From the IMG/VR virus record IMGVR_UViG_3300042997_000757, positions 1-64,000 of that record: a DNA stretch of 64,000 bases; one strand, given 5' to 3'. Both the position numbers and the translations under genes were made by a program. The notes under the pieces were generated by a model. The model saw only the letters and a list, made by a program, of their open reading frames with translations, did not search any database and was not told the DNA's origin. Positions 55,924 to 64,000 of this stretch are shown here, in pieces. The stretch comes from a virus (lineage: Duplodnaviria; Caudoviricetes). The first letter of the stretch is position 1; every line of letters starts with the position of its first letter.

Positions 55924-57082
55924 ATACGTTTTCTGTCCTTGTTTCAGCAACCCAAACACCCTGTTTTAGCACAGGTGGAGCAGGGAATACATAAGGTTGA
56001 CCATTAGCAATAACAGGGTTACTCTCATTGGTCGAATCTCTTACAATACATAATTCAGTAATGTAATTAGATCTTGTTACTTTTTGGGTTACTTTTTGTA
56101 CCATCCAAAAACCATCAAAGCGGCTGTCGTATTTAGATAATTTTATAAGTGAACCGGGAACTATTTCAGGAATACCTGTGACTACTACTTCTGCATGAAA
56201 AGGGGCACGGTTTTTCTTGGTGGCTAATGCATACTTTTCTAAAGCCTCTTTAGAAGTTGTATTAAAAGTTACTGTGTCATTAAACCGAGCGGGAAAGACT
56301 AAACCCAATCCCATGGACTCCCCATCAGTGGAGTATGTTAATAACTTTCCATCATTGTCAAGCGTTTCAAAAGTAAATGTGTTTGACGACCCCAGTGGAG
56401 TGAGGGAACCAAAGGTACCCCTAAACTCCATAACACGTCCGGGATAGTACGAAGCATTTCCCTGCTCATCGGAAAGGGTTGTTAACTCTGCGTAAGGCAT
56501 TGCCCGAGAGATTGTTTTATATGGGTCGTAGACATGTATGTGCCCACCGCTAGTAGTAACACGGTAACCAAGCATGTTGCATGCTTTAACTAACAGTTCC
56601 CAGTCAGACTCTTGGGATTGAACTAATCTAGAAATAATAAATGAATCGTCTGGAACAGCATAAGAATACCCATATTCCATGGCAACAGTAGAAACAATGT
56701 TTTTGATGTTTTGCAAATCCCATGAACGGCTTTTCTTTGCCTTCATGTCATAACTTGCGCCAAAGCAAACAACATGTGCTTTTTGTATAGGGCTTTTGTT
56801 TATGTACCCTTTACGGGTTATAGCCTCAGGTTCAACAAAAGCAATATAACCATAAAAGTTAGAAACTTGTGTGGGACTGTATTGAATAGAGATAAACACA
56901 GGGCGGTTGAGGTAGTCAGTGACCGCTTTTGGCACAAGACCTGTAAAAGTAAACTCAGCAAAATCGTGTTCATTTTCAGAAAATGAAAATTGAATAGACT
57001 CTATAGAGGTGTAATCAACGGGCACTCCGTCAATGGTTATTTTAACGGTTGGCGAGTTAGGGAAAGAACTTTTAAATATCAT
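55916..57082 (-). CDS. Baseplate hub (gp27/GPD-like)
   Basis: Q.QESDW.LL; position after LysM gene. Confidence 0.75.
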   Translation of the reverse strand: MIFKSSFPNSPTVKITIDGVPVDYTSIESIQFSFSENEHDFAEFTFTGLVPKAVTDYLNRPVFISIQYSPTQVSNFYGYIAFVEPEAITRKGYINKSPIQKAHVVCFGASYDMKAKKSRSWDLQNIKNIVSTVAMEYGYSYAVPDDSFIISRLVQSQESDWELLVKACNMLGYRVTTSGGHIHVYDPYKTISRAMPYAELTTLSDEQGNASYYPGRVMEFRGTFGSLTPLGSSNTFTFETLDNDGKLLTYSTDGESMGLGLVFPARFNDTVTFNTTSKEALEKYALATKKNRAPFHAEVVVTGIPEIVPGSLIKLSKYDSRFDGFWMVQKVTQKVTRSNYITELCIVRDSTNESNPVIANGQPYVFPAPPVLKQGVWVAETRTENVYA

Positions 57083-57324
57083 TCAGGAAGTCTCAGTACA
57101 TCCCCAAAATGTATTGCGTTAGGAAAAACAATATGGGGGTTCATATCGGCAATACGCCAATACAAAGAAGGGTCGCCGTAAAGTTCGGTTGCAATAAGAT
57201 CCAACGTGTCGCCTTCACGAACTGTATACACAGAATACTTTTCCGTATACTTTGGTTTGCGAACAGCAACAACTGTTCCATCAGCCGCTACCGATGTTGT
57301 ATACCGTGAAGCAAAAGTAATCAT
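57079..57324 (-). CDS. LysM/tail X baseplate protein
   Basis: [24 protein letters not shown]. Confidence 0.9.
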   Translation of the reverse strand: MITFASRYTTSVAADGTVVAVRKPKYTEKYSVYTVREGDTLDLIATELYGDPSLYWRIADMNPHIVFPNAIHFGDVLRLPE

Positions 57325-59258
57325 TTAACTTTATTTCCTTTAGGATTAGCGGCAGTTGCTGCGGGGGCTGGGTCTACCAGTATTCCCCCTACGTCTTGAA
57401 ATCTTAAGTTGTTATTAAAACTAATTGTTTTTGGGGTCATTTTTGCGTATTGCAAAGATTCTACAGAGTTACCAGAAGAAGTAGTTATGGTAAACCGTAC
57501 TTCGTAGTTAATCTCATATTGACTAGTAGATGTTTTGTCCACATCTTGCCCTGCTTCAGGGCGACCGCTTTCAAGAGTGTATTTTAATAAAATAGTATCT
57601 TGTCCATCTTTTATGCTTTGTGGGTTAAATTCAGAGGTTTGTGATAAAGACCACACGGTGCCAACGTCAAATTTGGTAGCCCCCGGTGGCAATGATGCCG
57701 TGTATGCCGAACCACCAGCAGTGTTTCCTTTATAGGTAATTGTCCACTCACCTCTTTGGGAGATGGATTTAATAGAACCTTTTTTATATTCATTTCTTAA
57801 AACGGGATTTGCCTTTACTTGGAAAGCAACTGTTTGTGTGTAGTCACCATTATCAAATATTAGTTTTGGGCTGAGATTGTTTTCTTCTCCAGAGGCCCCC
57901 ACAACATGGGAATCAAACATTTTTCTACTGATTTCTTTTGTTGCGCTAAGTTCAGCGGCTTCAGTTACTGCTTGTTCTTCTAACGCTTCATCGGCGGCTT
58001 TCATACCTGCGGCTAGTTGCAAAGTTAAATAAGTATCTTTTCTAGCAAAACCTATGTACAAGGCTTGCATAGTTACACCAACAACGCATTGTGTTGGAAC
58101 CATGTGCGGATTAAACTTATTAAATGTTACTTGTGTTGAAGTAATAAACCCTTCAACCATAAACAAAGAAGAAAATACAATACGTACTGGTAAAGAAACA
58201 AGGAAAGCAGAGTTTCCAAAGTTGCTTGTCATAGCCGTACGTGCTGCAATCTCATCAAACGTTCCGGGGTCTTGGTCTTGCGCATCTTTTTCTGAACTAC
58301 TTGATGAAGTACCGCCACCGCCACCTTCAAACTTTACGGTAGGGGCTTGGGTATAACCCGAGCCTTTAGCAAGTACTTTAATTTCAGTTACTTTTCCATC
58401 AAGTACTATGGCTTCAAGTGAACCACCTGTACCACCACCGCCACCTTCTAGGGTGACTACAGGAGCAGATGTATAACCGCTTCCCCCGCCATTGGTTCCT
58501 TGGATCTTTACTTCTTTAATTTCGTTTCCGTCTAAAGTAACGGTTGCGGTAGCCAAGGAAGTAGGTTGATCCGATACAGTAAATTTTGCAGCGTAGTCTG
58601 CACGTTTTTTTGCGTTAAGGGCAGCAGCATTTTTAATTACTTGGTTAATGAGACTGGTGTTAACACCTTGTCCAATAATTTCGTCAAAAACAATTAGGTC
58701 TGCAAGAACACCAATATCAGTAACAGCGCTGTGAGGGATAGACAAAGATTGGGATGTCTCACTTCCGGCTGTTTGCAAATTAAGGTTTGCCGGAGCAGTG
58801 GATTTAATTACACTTGATCCCGCTTTGTAAGAACTAGTAACTATTTCTGCTTCACGATTAAACAACAATTCAAAAGAAAAGTTGGCATCACCCGGAATTG
58901 CTTGGGTTAGTTGCAAGGGATCTTGGTTCATCCATTGTTGAATATCATTACGAGCAGTTACGGCACGTACAAGAGTGTCAGGATTAAACTGAAAATGTAA
59001 ACGTTTTCTAGATAATGCTGAACCACCTTTAACACCATCTGAAAGCATACGCATATAACCACGCTGTATTTTTACCGATGTACCAACAGGGGCATTGCGT
59101 AAACTTTTTCCGGGATATAGAAAGTCGGGGTTGTCCCCAGAGATAACACTGTCTGTACGCCCGGTGAAAGAACCAAAAGCAGGTCCTGCGGATGTTCCGA
59201 TCCCACTACCAATATCACTAAAGTTTGCAAAGGCGTTTGTTGAATAACGTTCAGCCAT
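57321..59258 (-). CDS. Tail tube initiator-like protein with GSGYT.AP.V repeats
   Basis: LHFQFNP; FELLFNR; position after tape measure. Confidence 0.6.
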   Translation of the reverse strand: MAERYSTNAFANFSDIGSGIGTSAGPAFGSFTGRTDSVISGDNPDFLYPGKSLRNAPVGTSVKIQRGYMRMLSDGVKGGSALSRKRLHFQFNPDTLVRAVTARNDIQQWMNQDPLQLTQAIPGDANFSFELLFNREAEIVTSSYKAGSSVIKSTAPANLNLQTAGSETSQSLSIPHSAVTDIGVLADLIVFDEIIGQGVNTSLINQVIKNAAALNAKKRADYAAKFTVSDQPTSLATATVTLDGNEIKEVKIQGTNGGGSGYTSAPVVTLEGGGGGTGGSLEAIVLDGKVTEIKVLAKGSGYTQAPTVKFEGGGGGTSSSSSEKDAQDQDPGTFDEIAARTAMTSNFGNSAFLVSLPVRIVFSSLFMVEGFITSTQVTFNKFNPHMVPTQCVVGVTMQALYIGFARKDTYLTLQLAAGMKAADEALEEQAVTEAAELSATKEISRKMFDSHVVGASGEENNLSPKLIFDNGDYTQTVAFQVKANPVLRNEYKKGSIKSISQRGEWTITYKGNTAGGSAYTASLPPGATKFDVGTVWSLSQTSEFNPQSIKDGQDTILLKYTLESGRPEAGQDVDKTSTSQYEINYEVRFTITTSSGNSVESLQYAKMTPKTISFNNNLRFQDVGGILVDPAPAATAANPKGNKVK

Positions 59259-61975
59259 TAGTTTCTCCTCATCAAAGCAATTTTAAGTTCTCGTTCAATC
59301 GCTCTAGCGGCATCTTGAGAAACCTTGTGTGCGTCTACTCCACCACCATTAATTGTTATTGGCACATTAATGTTAATAGAAGCGCCTTCAACATAAGTTC
59401 CCCCACCACCACTCATCTGCATTGAGCGAACAGGCATAGGGTCGCCCGTAGTGGGGTACCCCGCTGCCTTTACATATTTAGTAGCAGCGGTGGTGTTTGT
59501 ATTTTTAGACGAATCCATCCCCCGGTATTCACCCCACATATGGAATGTTTTATTGGTGGACTTATAAATAGCATAGGCAGCCCGAGCGTTTACGTCAGGA
59601 TCGTAAAGTTCTTCGTTTGATTTAATACCAAATTGTTTAAGACGGGAAGGACCTAAGTTTCCACGCATGTTGATTTGCATTAAACCGTAGGACAAGTCTT
59701 TTGTTTTAGCATCGGGGTTAAATGCCCCTGTCACAAACCTAGATTCACGCTGTGCAATTGCCACGGCTTTTACAAGGTCAGCGCCACGGAAACCTGCTTT
59801 ATAGAATATTCGAGCGACTTCAGTGCCACTTAATGTTCTGCTTTTCCTATTTGCGGCAGTTGTGGCAGAACTGCTTCCAAGTTTAGAAACTGTTCCTCCC
59901 GATGCATCTTGCCCACCGCTACCAAGGTTCATGCGATTGGCTGTTCTTGCTCCGAGAATGCTGTCCGTAATAGAACTTTGAGAGAACGAAAGGATAGAGT
60001 TACCACCACCGCCACCAGATTTGCCCCCTAGAGACTGGTCAGAGACGATTCCGTCTTTCATGCCAGCAATGACCGCACCGGGGTCTAGACGCTCTGTAGC
60101 GCCATTTAAACCCCATTTGGCGCCCTCTCGTTCGTATGCGCTACGACCGTCAGGTAACTCCGCTGGCTGTACGTGCCAAGGCTCTCCATTGACCCCAGCA
60201 AAAGTCTTCAAACCGTATTTGGATGCGTTCTTTTGAACCCAATCAAGGTCACCCGTAAGGTCAGCCGCAAGACCAATTTCGTGCATTGACATCCCCGGAG
60301 GGGTCATGGGTGCAACACCGGATTTCTTCTTCCAGTACGAACCTTCCCAAAAGATGTCCGTTTTGTCAGAAGTTTTACTGTACCGTTGCAAAAAACCTTG
60401 TCGTTGAGTGGCGCTACTGCGGTAACCTTCACCAACACCCACGGCGGGGTTGTCTTGCATCATTTTAAGAATACGTTCACGGAACTTAGGGTTTAATTTT
60501 GATACGGTTGGAATGTTTGCAGCCTCGGCAAGGGATTTCTTTTTACCGCCGTAGCCAACGCTGTAGTCTCGTTTGCTTGAGGGCATTGGGTCACCACTAG
60601 GACCAGAGAACCCAGATGCACCAGAAGTAATAAGGGGTATTCCAGCAGCGGTTAGAGCAAGACTGGTACCCCCTGTAAACGGTGCAGCGGCAATGCCACC
60701 AACAGCCAAAAGCCCACCAAGGATGGTTTTACCAATTGCCACATTTTTGTTGTTACGGGTACCCATACGAGCACCAATAACAGCCTGCATTCTTTCTTCA
60801 AGTGCTCCAAAGGCTTTAATCAACCCTTGTGTGTTCTTTTCTAATTGGGCGTAGTTATCGTTTTGTCTTTTATAAAACTGTACGTCACGTTGTTCTTGCA
60901 CTTGTTGTGTTTTTTCTTGTTGGTTAGCAAAATTATCTTTGATCCCCATAAGTTTTTGTTGGGAAGGATCATCAGGGTTGTACATTCCCTTCCCACCCTT
61001 TTTCTGAAATTGCACATTTTGTTGTGCGTATTGCAAAACCATGTTTTGCATGTCTTCAGGAAGACCCATTGCGCTAAGGCGGGCACGACTAATCGACCCA
61101 AGTTGCATGGCGCCTTTAACCATGCCCTCATTAGTTAGCCCAGAGGAACGAACTACTTGCTGGACAACTTCCATCATATTTCGTTGACTACCACCGGGAC
61201 CATACATACCCGTTCCCATGGTCATGGTCATACGATTGTTTACTTGTGGAGATGCCAAAGTCGCCATCATCTGAGCCATGTCTTGGGTGCTATAGGAGAA
61301 CCCCGAAGAAGCACGAAGACCCGCAATTCCTCGTGCGTTCCCTTGTGCGCTAAGACCTGTTTGGGCTTGTAGTGCTAGAAGAGAAGACGCTCCACCCGTA
61401 CCCAGTTTGTACTGTGTCAATGGCTGTAGAACAGCACTAGCAAATCTATTTTGAGAAATTCCTTGTGTTTGCTGGTAGAGCATGGACAATTTGTCATAGG
61501 ACAATGCTTGCCCGTACATATTGTCAGTGCGCTTATCAATGCCAGCAACAGCCATGGAACCAAGTTGCATGACTGCTCCGGCAGCAGCACCGTAGGCTCC
61601 TGCTTTACCGGCACCACCACTGCCAGTGAAGCCCCCAGCAAAGTTAGTAAAACCACCACCAGCAGGACGCTGTGCATCTTTTTGCTGAACTGTGTTTGCG
61701 TGGTCTTTCGCCCGGTCGGCTCCGCTATTGCTAGAACCCCCACTACCGCCATCGGTACTTCTTCGTAAGTTTGCAATCGCTTTAGCCATACGCTCAAGGT
61801 TTGACACCAGTTTGGAGTCAGCAAATGAACGAAGAAGAGTACCTACGGAAGCAATACCTTTACTGGTGCCCCGAGCATCACTAGAAGCAGAAGAGGTTCC
61901 CAAAGGACCGGGCGCACCAAGTTGCCCGCCAAAAGGGTCACCACCAAGTCCCCCACCTAAAGATGTTTCAGCCAT
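59258..61975 (-). CDS. Tape measure protein with M15-like peptidase and lysozyme/SLT domains
   Basis: [23 protein letters not shown]; [15 protein letters not shown]. Confidence 0.85.
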   Translation of the reverse strand: MAETSLGGGLGGDPFGGQLGAPGPLGTSSASSDARGTSKGIASVGTLLRSFADSKLVSNLERMAKAIANLRRSTDGGSGGSSNSGADRAKDHANTVQQKDAQRPAGGGFTNFAGGFTGSGGAGKAGAYGAAAGAVMQLGSMAVAGIDKRTDNMYGQALSYDKLSMLYQQTQGISQNRFASAVLQPLTQYKLGTGGASSLLALQAQTGLSAQGNARGIAGLRASSGFSYSTQDMAQMMATLASPQVNNRMTMTMGTGMYGPGGSQRNMMEVVQQVVRSSGLTNEGMVKGAMQLGSISRARLSAMGLPEDMQNMVLQYAQQNVQFQKKGGKGMYNPDDPSQQKLMGIKDNFANQQEKTQQVQEQRDVQFYKRQNDNYAQLEKNTQGLIKAFGALEERMQAVIGARMGTRNNKNVAIGKTILGGLLAVGGIAAAPFTGGTSLALTAAGIPLITSGASGFSGPSGDPMPSSKRDYSVGYGGKKKSLAEAANIPTVSKLNPKFRERILKMMQDNPAVGVGEGYRSSATQRQGFLQRYSKTSDKTDIFWEGSYWKKKSGVAPMTPPGMSMHEIGLAADLTGDLDWVQKNASKYGLKTFAGVNGEPWHVQPAELPDGRSAYEREGAKWGLNGATERLDPGAVIAGMKDGIVSDQSLGGKSGGGGGNSILSFSQSSITDSILGARTANRMNLGSGGQDASGGTVSKLGSSSATTAANRKSRTLSGTEVARIFYKAGFRGADLVKAVAIAQRESRFVTGAFNPDAKTKDLSYGLMQINMRGNLGPSRLKQFGIKSNEELYDPDVNARAAYAIYKSTNKTFHMWGEYRGMDSSKNTNTTAATKYVKAAGYPTTGDPMPVRSMQMSGGGGTYVEGASININVPITINGGGVDAHKVSQDAARAIERELKIALMRRN

Positions 61976-61980
61976 AAAAA

Positions 61981-62133
61981 TTAATCTCCACTATTATGCC
62001 ATTTTCCCATAGATGCCCAGAACTTTCTTTGACGTTTGGACATTGTGCGTATATCTGACAAAGTGAATCCACTGTATGCGGAGGCTATGAAGTCATATTC
62101 CCAATATAGGTTATTCAGATTAACCGAATAAAA
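61981..62133 (-). CDS. Tail assembly chaperone C-terminal extension (probable frameshift product)
   Basis: LYWEY..I...Y.GFTL.DIR.M..RQR..W; no convincing start of its own. Confidence 0.55.
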   Translation of the reverse strand, partial: FYSVNLNNLYWEYDFIASAYSGFTLSDIRTMSKRQRKFWASMGKWHNSGD

Positions 62134-62899
62134 GTGAGGCCCAATCGAGAACCATCGCAAACTTTTCCTCGCAATGGGCACACTGGGCATTCACCTCCCC
62201 AATCTCAGGACCCGGCTGGCTGTCCAGCAAGGCTTTTACAAGATTGGAGCGGTCTCCCATATTAAGAGATTTAGCCCAGTCAACTGGGTTTCCTTCAATG
62301 CCAACGGCACAGCGTGCCAGCATTAACGTATTTTGCTCTGCGGTGGTTTTAGCGGATTTCATGGTGGCAAGACTGTCCGCATTAGTAGGAAGTCTTAACT
62401 CAACACTTGTGCCGTTTTTCAAGGAGGTCGTGATGGTATTTTTAATACCTTTTTTCAAAGGCTTTTCTGGAAAGGTAGTGATGTCTACAAAGACATCATT
62501 TGGTTCTCCACAAGAAGTACAAGCAACTTCGTACTCCCTTACTTTTCCGTAAGTGGCTTCAACAATTGCCATAAACAATTTGTCTCGGTCACCCACAATA
62601 AGGTTGTCTACAACGTTTTTGTTTTGTGAGATATGGATAGATCCAATAGATTCAACGGCTCGTTTTAACAAAAATGACATGTAGTCTGCATAACTACTTC
62701 CATTTTTTGCTTCCAAAGAAGCCAAAGCCTCTTCGTCAGAACCATTCAATTCACGGACAATTGCAGTTGTTTGCCACTCCCCATCACTGTCTTGCAAACC
62801 TACATAGAGTTCAACAACACTTTCTGGGTGAGTGTCCATTCGTGGTACAGGGTCTTCTAGCGCTTTGTTAAGCGCCGACGCCTCAGAGGCGATGTCCAT
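62120..62899 (-). CDS. Tail assembly chaperone
   Basis: VRELNG.DEE; L.VGDRD; two CxxC; between tube and tape measure. Confidence 0.75.
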   Translation of the reverse strand: MDIASEASALNKALEDPVPRMDTHPESVVELYVGLQDSDGEWQTTAIVRELNGSDEEALASLEAKNGSSYADYMSFLLKRAVESIGSIHISQNKNVVDNLIVGDRDKLFMAIVEATYGKVREYEVACTSCGEPNDVFVDITTFPEKPLKKGIKNTITTSLKNGTSVELRLPTNADSLATMKSAKTTAEQNTLMLARCAVGIEGNPVDWAKSLNMGDRSNLVKALLDSQPGPEIGEVNAQCAHCEEKFAMVLDWASLLFG

Positions 62900-62929
62900 A
62901 TTATTCTCCTATTTTATATTTTAAATTAT

Positions 62930-63610
62930 TTATTTTAGAGCAAGGTTTTCTTCGCCGGTCCAGTCAATGTAAAAACCTTCGTGGTGTACATTCAATGTTT
63001 GAACCATGATACCTGTGGTATCCCCTGCGGAAAGGTCACTCAATGAGTATGAACCGGGCCAGCAGTTGTATAACTTATATTGCAACTTAACTCGACCGGG
63101 GGTAACAGTGTTACTTGTGCCATTAAGAGCAGCACCATCGTAAGCATAACGCAAAGGAAGAGCACCGTCAATGGTGCCACCTACAGGTCCACTACCAGTG
63201 TGTGGGTGGTCATATACTTTAACAAGAATGTTGCAACGGTAATCACCGTCTTTTGCAAGGTCTGCGTCTCCTGAGATTCCGCCACCAACCCATGCGTGCA
63301 TGAATCGTTGCCATTGCCACAGTTGATCTTGCCCAGAAAATGCACCACGAGCAAACGCTACAGGGGCAAAATCAGACTGACCAACAAACTTGTGAGCATG
63401 GGTGTTCATTCCACCTTCACGGTATGTGATGACTTCGTTGTTTACAGACAAACCGCTAACTTGGGCAAAACCAATTTGACCGATGTTTTTAAGGGTTTTA
63501 CCAAGACCTTTTGTAGTATCACCATTAATAGGCAAAATTTCTACACGAAATTTAAAGTTACGTAGAGGGTCTGTCCGCTGTGTTAAAACAGTAGTGGTAG
63601 GCGTAGTCAT
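62930..63610 (-). CDS. Tail tube protein (T4 gp19-like)
   Basis: DPLRNFKFRV, GF..VSGL, YREGG, YNCWP, HEG. Confidence 0.9.
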   Translation of the reverse strand: MTTPTTTVLTQRTDPLRNFKFRVEILPINGDTTKGLGKTLKNIGQIGFAQVSGLSVNNEVITYREGGMNTHAHKFVGQSDFAPVAFARGAFSGQDQLWQWQRFMHAWVGGGISGDADLAKDGDYRCNILVKVYDHPHTGSGPVGGTIDGALPLRYAYDGAALNGTSNTVTPGRVKLQYKLYNCWPGSYSLSDLSAGDTTGIMVQTLNVHHEGFYIDWTGEENLALK

Positions 63611-63622
63611 ATTTCTCCTTAA

Positions 63623-64000
63623 TTAGGCGTTCTCGCCAGCCCATTGGCTGACGTTGATAACAATAAATTCGGCTGGGCTAAGTAATGACACACCAATTTC
63701 AACGTTGACAAAACCATCGCCAATAGTTGTAGAGGTGTTGTTAGTGTCATCACAAATAATGTAAAAGGCTTCACTAGCGCTTGATCCTTTGAGGTTTCCG
63801 GTTGCCCAGAAATTGGTAAGAGTTTGTGAAAGGGTGTTGTTAATTTTTGCCCACAACCGTGAATCGTTTGGTTCAAATACGGCAAATGCAGTTTGTGCTT
63901 CAACAATTGATTTAACAAAGTTCAGTGAGCGACGAATTGTGATGTACTTGTCTGGGCGATTTGCTGCCAATGTGCGAGCACCATTGATCACGTAAATACC
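63623..64000 (-). CDS. Contractile tail sheath (C-terminal part)
   Basis: GARTL, YI.IRR, FEPND..LW, PAEFI. Confidence 0.92.
   Translation of the reverse strand, partial: GIYVINGARTLAANRPDKYITIRRSLNFVKSIVEAQTAFAVFEPNDSRLWAKINNTLSQTLTNFWATGNLKGSSASEAFYIICDDTNNTSTTIGDGFVNVEIGVSLLSPAEFIVINVSQWAGENA

Overview
The window is about 64 kb of a large tailed phage (contractile tail) that probably infects an Actinobacterium. This host call is an inference from two WhiB genes, an Rpf-like lysozyme, CRP-type sites, many leaderless genes and a Thr-rich secreted protein like those of Acidimicrobiia. Layout: (i) 0.75-12.6 kb (-), small effector-like genes (HExxH metallopeptidases, ParB-like, ART-like, GNAT-like) sharing short N/C-terminal peptide tags; (ii) 12.6-13.5 kb, non-coding strand switch with five TGTGA-N6-TCACA-type sites; (iii) 13.5-25.6 kb (+), a visibly GC-richer early/host-takeover operon led by a ~400-nt structured RNA and punctuated by four covarying three-hairpin elements; (iv) 25.6-49.4 kb (-), regulation, nucleotide, recombination and replication genes (WhiB, Rpf, HAD, SpoVS, resolvases, Cas4-like, RecA, PolA, SSB, SNF2, primase, DnaB, DnaC-like loader, HTH initiator with iterons); (v) 49.6-50.5 kb (+), Dps cassette; (vi) 51.5-64 kb (-), baseplate and tail genes. 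No head, terminase, integrase, tRNA or CRISPR was seen. The best candidate for an undescribed system is an antisense-RNA cascade. Loops of two downstream hairpin elements are perfect 11-nt complements of the two ribosome-binding-site classes used by upstream early genes. A separate predicted ~125-nt sRNA near 49.5 kb is complementary to the AACCAACC/GGAGG leaders of early genes. All family calls come from motif recognition by eye; no database searches were run.
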